From an uncultured delta proteobacterium (GTDB lineage: Bacteria; Myxococcota_A; Polyangia; Polyangiales; Polyangiaceae), in contig CAVQUB010000005.1 of assembly GCA_963716725.1 (NCBI GenBank), positions 224,001 through 288,000 on the forward strand: a DNA stretch of 64,000 nucleotides. The letters are read 5' to 3'. The position numbers and the translations under genes are program-made. The notes under the pieces are model-generated. The model was not told the DNA's origin. It did not search any database and saw only the letters and a program-made list of their open reading frames with translations. The number at the start of each line of letters is the position of its first letter. Position 1 is the stretch's first letter. Below, piece after piece: positions 21,767 to 30,412 of this stretch.

Positions 21767-23458
21767 TCACTCCGCGATCACGTCTTCGACCCGCATCTCC
21801 ACCGCGTCGCCGCCGCGCCACGAGTCGCGCCGCAGCCGACCGAGCACCACGACTTTGCCGGCGAGGGAGCCGGCGCGGGAGCCCATGCTCACGCCGAAGC
21901 CGCTCATGCGCTGTGAGCCCGGCAGCTCGAGCTCGAGCTTCAGGTGACCGCCCTTCACCTCGCGGGCTGCCACCACGCTGGCGTGCATCGCGATGCGTGG
22001 CGCGGGGTTGGCTTGGCCGCAGGGCTCGAGCCGCGCCACGTCGGCCAGCACTCGTGCCGGCGTGTCGCCGGCATGGAGCCAGACCGTGTCGGCGTTTTCG
22101 TCCTCGGCGGCGTCGGCGGGAGACTCGGCGCAGGCGCGCTCGAAGCTGTCTCGCAAGGCGTCGAGTCGATCGAAGCGGACCTCGACGCCCGCGGCGGCCT
22201 GGTGCCCACCGAAACGCTCGAGCACGTCCTCGACACGCGTGAGCGCGTCGTGCAGGCGTGAGCCCTTGGGCCCGCGCACGGAGCCGCGACCCTGTCCGCC
22301 CGGCTCGAAGCCGATGGCGATCACCGGCTTGCCGTAGCGTGACACCAGCCGCCCGGCCACGATGCCGACGATGCCGTGGCTCCAGCCTTCACGTCCGATG
22401 ACGATGGCGGGGCGCTGGTGATAGCCCGCCTCTTCGATCTCGCGGACGGCTTCGGTGATCATCTTCTCTTGAATGCTGCGCCGCTCGGTGCTCATGCGCT
22501 CGATCTCACCGCCCAGCGCCCGAGCCTCTTCGTGGCTCTTCGAGAGCAGCAGCTCGAGGGCGAGATCGGGGCGCCCGAGGCGTCCCGGGGCGTTGATACG
22601 CGGCGCGATCCGGAAGGCCACGTCTTCGCTCGACAGCGCCTGAGTCGCGTCGATGCGGGCGAGCTCCAGCAATACGCGCACTCCGGGCCGGCGACCCTCG
22701 GCGAGCACTCGCAAGCCCGCGCGGACTAGCGCGCGGTTGTCACCGTCGAGGGGAGCGACGTCGGCGATGGTGCCGATGGCCACCAGATCGAGCCAGGCGC
22801 GCAGGTCGAGGGCCTGGCCAAGGCGCGCGCGGATCGCCGCGCCGACGCTGAGCACGAGCCCGCACGACGCGAGGCCCTTGTAGGGGAAGCCGCACTCGGG
22901 GCGGTGAGGATTCAAGAAGGCCACCGCCGGCAGCGGTTGGTCGGGCACCAGGTGATGATCGATGACGATCACGTCGATGCCACGCGCGCGCACGTCGGCG
23001 AGGGTCGCGTGGTCCGACGAGCCGCAGTCGCAGGTCACCAGGAGCTTGGCGCCGCTGGCCACGATGCGCTCGACCGCCGCCGTGGAGACGCCGTAGCCCC
23101 CGTCGAAGCGGCTCGCGAGCAGGGGGGTGGCTTGTCCGCCGAGGGACGAGATGATCCCGGTCAAGATGGCGGCGGAGGTGATCCCGTCGCAATCGTAGTC
23201 GCCGAAGATGGTGATGGGCTCTCGCTCGCGGATCGCGAAGGCGATGCGTTCGGCCGCCGCGTCTCGGTCAGCCATGCGCTCCGGCGGAGTCAGGTGCGAC
23301 AGCTTGGGGTCCATGAACCGAGCGAGCTCGGCGGGGTCGGTGAACCCGCGTCGCGTGCAGAGCTCCGCGATGGTCACGCTGATGCCCGCGGATCGCGCGA
23401 GCACGTGGGCCTCGGGCGATGCATCGGAGGGCAGGGTTGCCAGCGCGGGGCTCGACAT
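21767..23458 (-). CDS. recJ: Single-stranded-DNA exonuclease RecJ
   Basis: GDYDCDG, TCDCG, DHH, IGTIADVAPL, APRINAPGRL, GIVGIVAGRL, GGHQAAAG. Confidence 0.96.
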   Translation of the reverse strand: MSSPALATLPSDASPEAHVLARSAGISVTIAELCTRRGFTDPAELARFMDPKLSHLTPPERMADRDAAAERIAFAIREREPITIFGDYDCDGITSAAILTGIISSLGGQATPLLASRFDGGYGVSTAAVERIVASGAKLLVTCDCGSSDHATLADVRARGIDVIVIDHHLVPDQPLPAVAFLNPHRPECGFPYKGLASCGLVLSVGAAIRARLGQALDLRAWLDLVAIGTIADVAPLDGDNRALVRAGLRVLAEGRRPGVRVLLELARIDATQALSSEDVAFRIAPRINAPGRLGRPDLALELLLSKSHEEARALGGEIERMSTERRSIQEKMITEAVREIEEAGYHQRPAIVIGREGWSHGIVGIVAGRLVSRYGKPVIAIGFEPGGQGRGSVRGPKGSRLHDALTRVEDVLERFGGHQAAAGVEVRFDRLDALRDSFERACAESPADAAEDENADTVWLHAGDTPARVLADVARLEPCGQANPAPRIAMHASVVAAREVKGGHLKLELELPGSQRMSGFGVSMGSRAGSLAGKVVVLGRLRRDSWRGGDAVEMRVEDVIAE

Positions 23459-23631
23459 GGATGACGGCCTATGGAACACAGGGATCGATGAGCGTCAACG
23501 AAGCCCGCTCCGGCACGCCGAAAGTAGCCGCGACAGAGCTGTCATGCTGGCGCGCTCGAGCAGACGCAGATCCGGCGTGAATATTCAAGGCCCGCGGGTC
23601 TGGCTCGTGGATTGCAAAGGCTCGCGTCACC

Positions 23632-25447
23632 GTGGGTGGCGCAACACGACGTCGGATCGCACTGAAGCTCGGCTTGCTGGCGCTGCCAGGTTTGCTGCTG
23701 ACGCTCGCGCACTGCGCGGGCGGTGACGCAGAAGACAGCGGTGCCGGGGTGGGCGGCGAGGGCGGCTCGGATTCGGGCCCGTGCATCGGGCCCGGCTGCG
23801 GCGGATCGGGTGGTTCCTCGATGGGTGGTGCCGCGGGCAGCGGGCCGCCGCCGGAGGAAGAGCTCGAGAGCTCGTTCCGATCACCGGTCGCCACCGGGAA
23901 ATACGTGTGGGCTGCCAATCCCGAGAGTGGCCGCGTGGCGCTGATCGACGCGACGAGCCTCGAGGTGCAGACCCTCGAGGCCGGCAATGGTCCGACGCAC
24001 CTGGCTGCGCTCGCGGATCCCGCCAACCCGGACGCGGCGCGCGCCATCGTGCTCAACGTGAAGAGCCATGACGCGACGGTGTTGATCGCGGACGCGCAGG
24101 GCAAGGTCACGACCGCGACCGCGAAGGTCCACCAGGACGCCAACGGATGGGCCATCAGCTCCAAGGGTCGCTTTGCCATCGCCTGGACCGACGCGGCGAA
24201 GATCCCGAAGGCCGATCCCACCGAGGGCTTTCAAGACGTCACAGTGCTCGATTTGGCGGGCAAAGAGCCGACTTCCGTGCGCCTGAGCGTGGGCTATCGG
24301 CCCACGCGGGTGTTCATTTCGAGCGACGAGAAGCGCGCGTTCGTAGTGACCGAGCCGGGGCTCTCCGTCATTGAGCTCGACTCCGGCCTCGGGCCCCACG
24401 TGAGCGCCGAGGTGCCCGTCACCGACGACCCGCTCGACAACCCCGCTTCGCGCGACGTGTCGGTGACTCCCGATGGGGCTTGGGCCCTGGTGCGGCGCGA
24501 CGGCTCGAGCGAGGTCGGCATCGTGTCGCTCGCCGACGGCAAGCGCGTGAGCGTGAAGCTGTCGGGGGCTGTGACCGATCTGGATCTCAGCGACGACGGC
24601 AAGCGGGCCATCGCGGTGGTGCGACAACCCGGTTCGACCGCGTTCCCAGACGCAGGTCCCGCGGACGATGCGAGCGCGGACGACGCGAGCGCGGACGACG
24701 CGAGCGCGGACGATGCCAGCGCGGACGATGCCAGCGCGGACGACGCCAGCGCGGACGACGCGAGCACCGACACGACTCCCGCGCCGCCGCCCAGCTCGGA
24801 CGTCGTGCTGCTTCCCATCCCGGGCATCTTCACGAATCCCGGCTCCTTCGAGACGGTGAGCATCCAAGGGCAGTCCTTCGGCAGCGTTGCGGTCAGCGCC
24901 AGCGGCGGGGTCGCGCTCTTGTTCACCAACGCAACTCCGAACGATCACCTGACCATCTTGAATACCGCCCCGGGCGCGAGCTTCCTCACGCACCGCACCG
25001 TGTCGCTCAAGGCTCCGGTCAAGGCCGTGTTCCCCGCGGCTGATGGATCCCACGCCGTCGCCTTGCTCTCGCCGAGCCCCGGCAGCACCAAGGCCGGTGC
25101 GTTCAGCGTGGTGCCCCTCTCCGTGGACTTGCCGCCGAAGATCCAGGGCACCGACGCGCCGGCGGTCGGCGTCGCCATCCTTTCGGCGCGCGCGTTGGTG
25201 ACGGTGCGCGACGACGCCAAGAAGCTCTACGCGACCTATCTCGTGCGCATGCCCGAGCTGCAGGTCGATCCCTTCAAGCTCTCGAGCCCACCCCTCGCCA
25301 CCGGAGTCGTGCCGGCCGTCAGCGTCGGTTACGTCGCGCAGGAGCACCCCGAGGGGCGCATCACCTTCGTGACATTGGCGGACGGCAAGGCGCGCACCCT
25401 GACCGGCTTCGAGCTTGGCGCCAAGGTCGTGGACGGGAGCGAAATGA
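23632..25447 (+). CDS. Beta-propeller-like lipoprotein, paralog 1 (reads in-frame into paralog 2 in this assembly)
   Basis: Lipobox LAHC, Gly linker, YncE/YVTN-like beta-strand repeats; ends RTLTGFELGAKVV like paralog 2. Confidence 0.7.
24661..24765 (+). repeat. 15-nt coding tandem repeat, (ADDAS)x7
   Basis: GCGGACGA(T/C)GC(G/C)AGC repeated 7 times; absent at the equivalent position of paralog 2. Confidence 0.9.
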
Positions 25448-27066
25448 TGTTGCGACTGGCCGGTGTCGGACTGGTGGGCGTGGCGCTGTCGCTGTTCCTC
25501 CTGAACTGCGGCTCGGACGACGCGGGCGGTGCCGGCGCACCGATGGGTGGGGCGGGTGGCAGCACGGCCGGCGGCGCTACGGGCACCGGTGGGGCCACAG
25601 GCGGAAGCGGCGGTGGACTCGCGGACGCGGGCGTCGACGCGCCGCCGGAGCAGGAGCTCGAGAGCTCGTTCCGCTCGCCGGTGGCCACGGGCAAATATGT
25701 GTGGGCCGCCAACCCGGACAGCGGTCGCGTAGCGCTGATCGACGCGACCAGCTACGACGTGAAGATCGCCGAGGCCGGCTACGGACCGACTTACCTCGCG
25801 GCGATCCCCGACGCGAGCAGCAACTCGGCCATCGTGCTCAACGTGAAGAGCCACGACGCGACGCTGTTCCGCGTGGCCAGCGACGGCACCTTCTCGCAGA
25901 AGACCCTGAAGACCCACGCGGCGGCCAACGCCTGGGCCGTCAGTCCGGGCGGCAAGTGGGCGATTGCCTGGACCGACGCGTCGGCGATCGCGGGCGCGGA
26001 TCCGACCGAGGGCTTCCAAGACGTGACGGTCATCGACTTGAGCCCGGGCAAGGAGAGCTCGAAGATCCTGAGCGTGGGCTATCGTCCGGCGCGCCTCGGC
26101 TTCGCCAAGGACGAAACGCGAGCGTTCGCGGTGACCGAGCCCGGGATCTCGGTGATCACGCTGGACGGTACGGGGCCCAGCGTCAGCGCCCTGGTGAAGG
26201 TGACCGACGATCCGCTGGAGAACCCGGCGTCGCGCGACGTGACGCTGACGCCGGACGGCGCGTGGGCCCTGGTTCGACGGGACGGAAGCGCGTCGGTGTC
26301 CTTCGTCTCGCTCGCGAGCGGTGCACGCACCGATCTGCCGCTCTCCGGCAACGTGACGGATCTCGATTTGTCCGAAGATGGACTGCGGGCGGTGGCCGTC
26401 GTGCGCGACACCTCCGAGGTGTTCGTGCTGCCGGTGCCGGGTGCCGCCAGCGATCCCAGCAGCATCGAGAAGAAGACCGTGAGCGGGGAGTTCTTCGGCA
26501 GCGTGGCGCTCTCGACCGATGCGAGCGTCGCGTTGCTCTACACCAACGCGCTCGCGAACGACCACCTGACCATCTTGAACGCTGGTCCGGGGCCGGACTT
26601 CCTCACGCACCGCACCGTCGCGCTCAAGGCGCCGGTCTCAGCCGTCTTCCCGGCTCCGGACGCCAAGCACGCCATCGTGCTTCAGAAGACCTTGGCCGGC
26701 AGCACCAAGGCCGGCGCGTTCTCGGTGGTGTCCACCGCCGCGCAGCTCTCGCCGAAGATCCTGGGCACCGACGCCGCCCCCAACGCAGTGGCCATTCAGC
26801 CCGCGCCCAAGAGCGAGCACGCGCTGGTCAGCGTGCGGGACGACGCCAAGAAGGTCTTCGGCGTCTATCGCATCAAGCTCTCGAGCCAGCAGGTGGACTT
26901 CACCAAGCTGGCGAGCCCACCGCTCGCGACCGGCATCGTCGGCGCCGCGGGCAAGGGATACGTCGCGCAGCTTCACCCTGAAGGGCGCATCACCTTCATC
27001 GACTTCGCCAGCGGCGAAGTGAGGACGCTCACGGGCTTCGAGCTCGGGGCCAAGGTCGTCGAGTGA
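25444..27066 (+). CDS. Beta-propeller-like lipoprotein, paralog 2
   Basis: Own ATG, signal peptide and lipobox (FLLNC); shares long blocks with paralog 1 (ELESSFRSPVATGKYVWAANP). Confidence 0.75.
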   Translation: MMLRLAGVGLVGVALSLFLLNCGSDDAGGAGAPMGGAGGSTAGGATGTGGATGGSGGGLADAGVDAPPEQELESSFRSPVATGKYVWAANPDSGRVALIDATSYDVKIAEAGYGPTYLAAIPDASSNSAIVLNVKSHDATLFRVASDGTFSQKTLKTHAAANAWAVSPGGKWAIAWTDASAIAGADPTEGFQDVTVIDLSPGKESSKILSVGYRPARLGFAKDETRAFAVTEPGISVITLDGTGPSVSALVKVTDDPLENPASRDVTLTPDGAWALVRRDGSASVSFVSLASGARTDLPLSGNVTDLDLSEDGLRAVAVVRDTSEVFVLPVPGAASDPSSIEKKTVSGEFFGSVALSTDASVALLYTNALANDHLTILNAGPGPDFLTHRTVALKAPVSAVFPAPDAKHAIVLQKTLAGSTKAGAFSVVSTAAQLSPKILGTDAAPNAVAIQPAPKSEHALVSVRDDAKKVFGVYRIKLSSQQVDFTKLASPPLATGIVGAAGKGYVAQLHPEGRITFIDFASGEVRTLTGFELGAKVVE

Positions 27067-27077
27067 GAGGAACCCGC

Positions 27078-28670
27078 ATGAAACGAGTCGTCGTGAGCGC
27101 CGCCGTGATCGCCACCCTCAGTGGCTGTGGCGACCGGCCCGAGAGCTGGGACAAGAAGGCGGAGCTGCCCATGCAGACCGCCGGGCTCACCGGCTCCGTG
27201 GCCGTGGTGGACACCGCCCTCGATCGGGTCTTGATGCTCTCGGCATCGTCGAACCGATCGCTCTACGCCACGCCGCTCGGCGTAGGTAAGAACATCGTCA
27301 CCACCGAGGTGTCCCGAGACGCCAGCTCGTTCTTCGTGCTGTCCCGGGGCGTTCAGCCTCGCCGCAACCCCGACGACGAGCTGCCCTCGCTGACCGTGAT
27401 CGACGGCAGCACCCAGCCCAGGGTCACCGCGCGCTACGAGCTGACCGATCCGCTCCAGGGCATCGCCATCGATCCTCAGGGCGAGTGGGCGGTGGTCTAC
27501 GACGCCGGCGGCATCGTGGTGAACCCGAACGAGCTGATCTTCGTCAAGCTCTCGGATCCGAAGTTCGAGCCAGTCTCCAAGACTCTGCGCAGCTTCGGCG
27601 GTCGCCCGGAGCGACTCACCTTCACCAGCGAGCTGACCGTGCCGAACGGCGCGCCGCGACGCTTTGTCGTGGTCGAGACGGGTCAGGACGTATCGCTGGT
27701 GGATCTCTCGGATCTCGCCCGCGACGAGGTCACGCTGATCCTGCCCAAGACCGCCACCGGCGCCACCGGGGTTCCCCTCGAGGTCGCCTTCCACGACGGC
27801 GAGGTGGACGACGCCGCCGACGCGCGTATCGCGGTGCGACTGAAGAACGATCCCAACGTGATGGTGGTGGATCTCGGGGCGCCGCCCCCAGGCGACCAGA
27901 AGCCCTTCAAGGCCACCGTCAACGTTGCGGACGTCGGCGGGGTGCCCAGCAGCATCGCCTTCGTGCAGACGGATGGCGGGCTGCGCCTCGCCGCGCTGGT
28001 TCCCTCGACCCAGAGCGCGACTTTGGTCGATCCGGCGACGACGGTCACCGAGACGGTGGAATTCCCCAAGCCCTTCTCGCGCATCACTCGCGTCACCGAC
28101 GACGTCTCGAACAAGCCGCAGAAGAGCGACGTGGCCCTGCTCTGGAGCGACTCCACCACCGGCATCGCGTTCTGGTCGCTGGGCAAGACCAGCGGCACGC
28201 CTTTCCGAAGCGTTGACGATTACGACATCGGAATTGCGGTCGCGCAGGTGAAGAGCGTCCCCGGCGACACCTACGCCCACCTGAAGGTCCTCCAGAGCGC
28301 CAGCGCCAGCGAGTTCTACGTGCTGGACCTCGACAAGCGCCAGAGCTTCCCGATGTTGACGAACGCCTCGGGATTCAAGCTTCAAGTTTCACCGGATGGC
28401 GAGCGAGCGTGGGCGCTGCGCCCGGGCACGCCGGACTTCGCCAGCATCGATCTCTCGAACCTGCACCCGACGTCGATCCAGGTCGAGCGGGACGTCGCCG
28501 CCGTCTACGACATCGCGCGTCGGGACAGCGGTCGCGCCGCCATCGCGCTGCACGTGAGCGAGAAAGACTCCACGGTCTCGCTGGGCGCTACGGTGCTCGA
28601 CGGGCTCGACCCTGACACGGCGAAGACCCGCTTCTACCCAGGCGTCCTGCTCGGAGGGCTCGCAAAATGA
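27078..28670 (+). CDS. Third beta-rich (propeller-like) lipoprotein
   Basis: RBS GAGAGG, lipobox LSGC, beta-strand repeats. Confidence 0.7.
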   Translation: MKRVVVSAAVIATLSGCGDRPESWDKKAELPMQTAGLTGSVAVVDTALDRVLMLSASSNRSLYATPLGVGKNIVTTEVSRDASSFFVLSRGVQPRRNPDDELPSLTVIDGSTQPRVTARYELTDPLQGIAIDPQGEWAVVYDAGGIVVNPNELIFVKLSDPKFEPVSKTLRSFGGRPERLTFTSELTVPNGAPRRFVVVETGQDVSLVDLSDLARDEVTLILPKTATGATGVPLEVAFHDGEVDDAADARIAVRLKNDPNVMVVDLGAPPPGDQKPFKATVNVADVGGVPSSIAFVQTDGGLRLAALVPSTQSATLVDPATTVTETVEFPKPFSRITRVTDDVSNKPQKSDVALLWSDSTTGIAFWSLGKTSGTPFRSVDDYDIGIAVAQVKSVPGDTYAHLKVLQSASASEFYVLDLDKRQSFPMLTNASGFKLQVSPDGERAWALRPGTPDFASIDLSNLHPTSIQVERDVAAVYDIARRDSGRAAIALHVSEKDSTVSLGATVLDGLDPDTAKTRFYPGVLLGGLAK

Positions 28671-29548
28671 TGCGCCGTAGCATCGCCGCGTTCGTTCTGT
28701 TCACCGGCACCGCAGCAGCGCAAGGCGCGCCGCCGGTGGACGAAAAGCCCGCCACCGAGCCGGCGCCCACCGCCGCGCCGGCACCTCCTGCGGCCCCGGC
28801 GCCCGCACTCGCCCCGCGCCCGCTCCCGGCGCCCGCCGCGTCGCCTTCGCCCGGACATTACTCACCCTGGATGGCGCCCCCCGCGGCCCCCGAAGCCAGC
28901 GCTCCCGTGAAGGACAGCGAGCCCGAAGCGCCGCTGCCGCCGCCGTCGCCCCCCGGATGGCAAGCGTGGCTCGGCGTGCGCACCTCGTTCTTCAAGGGCA
29001 AGGGCTTCGACCCATTCTCGCGCAACGACGTGTACCCCACGGGCAGCATCGGCGCCTCGCGCAGCTTGTACGTGGCGTCGCCGCTGTCCTTCGCCGCCGC
29101 GCTCACCTTCGACTTTGGATCCAAGAGCGCGGACGCCCGGGGCGAGCCTACGTCGCTCCAGACCTATCGGCTGACGGTGGGTCCGGAGGCACGCTATCAC
29201 CTGCTGCCGCAGCTCTACGCCTTCGTGCGACCCACGGCCGGTGTGCAGCGCACCGTGGCGACGCTCGACGAGGGGTCCACCGGAGCGACGCTAGCGGCGC
29301 GGGACTGGCTCTTTGCTGCGGACGGCAGCGCGGGCGCCGCGTGGTCCTTCTTGGACGTGCGCAGCAAGAAGTTCCCCCTGATGTTCTGGTTGGTCGGCGA
29401 AGGTGGCTACGGCATCACGCAATCCAGTGACCTGCTGCTCGAAGCCGACTCGGGCTCCGGTGCCCCGGAGCGCACGGCGGCCCTGGATCTCGGCCAGCTC
29501 TCCACCAGCGGCCCCTTCTTCCGCCTGGCGGTAGCGGGGACTTTCTGA
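28667..29548 (+). CDS. Putative outer-membrane beta-barrel protein with Pro-rich N-terminus
   Basis: Signal peptide, amphipathic beta strands with aromatic girdle, C-terminal FRLAVAGTF (terminal Phe); ATGA-coupled to the upstream gene. Confidence 0.65.
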   Translation: MMRRSIAAFVLFTGTAAAQGAPPVDEKPATEPAPTAAPAPPAAPAPALAPRPLPAPAASPSPGHYSPWMAPPAAPEASAPVKDSEPEAPLPPPSPPGWQAWLGVRTSFFKGKGFDPFSRNDVYPTGSIGASRSLYVASPLSFAAALTFDFGSKSADARGEPTSLQTYRLTVGPEARYHLLPQLYAFVRPTAGVQRTVATLDEGSTGATLAARDWLFAADGSAGAAWSFLDVRSKKFPLMFWLVGEGGYGITQSSDLLLEADSGSGAPERTAALDLGQLSTSGPFFRLAVAGTF

Positions 29549-29583
29549 GGGGTAAGTTCCCCGAACTCCGATACTCTGTGCCA

Positions 29584-29901
29584 ATGCACGATCCGCGCTT
29601 CGTCCCGCCCGCGGTGCGCCTCCCCGCCCAGGCCTTCCCGACGGAGGGGCCCGGCGCCACGCGCAACGACGCGACCACGGTCTTCATCCTCGGGCTCCTC
29701 GGGCTCATCCTGTGCCAGCTCTGCGCCCCGGTCGCGTGGAGCAAGGGCAACACCTACGTGCGGTGCTGTGCGATAAACGAAGTGCCGCCGGACGGGCTCG
29801 GCGTCGCCGGTCGCGTCATGGGCATCATCGGGACGGTATTGCTCGGTCTGACCCTGATCTGGCTCCTGATCATCTTTGGCATGATGGTGGCCGCCGGCTG
29901 A
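29584..29901 (+). CDS. DUF4190-like small membrane protein
   Basis: A..FILGLLGLI.C...P.AW..G...AG..MGIIG pattern. Confidence 0.7.
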   Translation: MHDPRFVPPAVRLPAQAFPTEGPGATRNDATTVFILGLLGLILCQLCAPVAWSKGNTYVRCCAINEVPPDGLGVAGRVMGIIGTVLLGLTLIWLLIIFGMMVAAG

Positions 29902-29904
29902 GCA

Positions 29905-30336
29905 TCACTTCGGCGAGCAACCCGCGTTGACCTCGACCTCGGAGCCCTCGACCTTCAGCGTCGAGAGGTCGCCGTCGTTGGGGTGGACGATCAACTTGCG
30001 TTGGCGAGTGCTTCCGGGCGGGATCTCGAAGGGCTTCTCTTCGATGGTCTTTCTGCCACCCGGCCACACCAGCGTGTAGCTCGTGAATGTGCACGACGTC
30101 GTGGTCGGGTTGTCGAAGCCGATCTTCACGCGCCGATCGTCGACGCTCTCTCGACCCGGGAGCACCTCGATGATCTTGGCCCGCGGTATCGCCGGCGCAG
30201 ATTCTTCCGTTGGCGCCGCCGGGTCGCCGGCCGCGGGGGCCCCGGGCGTCGGTGCTTCGACCGACGGGGGGGCAGCGCCGCCGCAGGCCGCGAGCCAGAC
30301 CAGCGAAACGCACGGGACCCAGACGAGGGCGTTCAT
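29905..30336 (-). CDS. Hypothetical lipoprotein
   Basis: Lipobox LAAC, Pro/Ala linker, small beta domain with a Cys pair. Confidence 0.65.
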   Translation of the reverse strand: MNALVWVPCVSLVWLAACGGAAPPSVEAPTPGAPAAGDPAAPTEESAPAIPRAKIIEVLPGRESVDDRRVKIGFDNPTTTSCTFTSYTLVWPGGRKTIEEKPFEIPPGSTRQRKLIVHPNDGDLSTLKVEGSEVEVNAGCSPK

Positions 30337-30412
30337 GAGTCGCGTTTTACCACGACGGCCCGCGCATCCAATTCGCTTGAAGCCCCGGAGCAGGTGGCTA
30401 ACGGTGCCCGCC

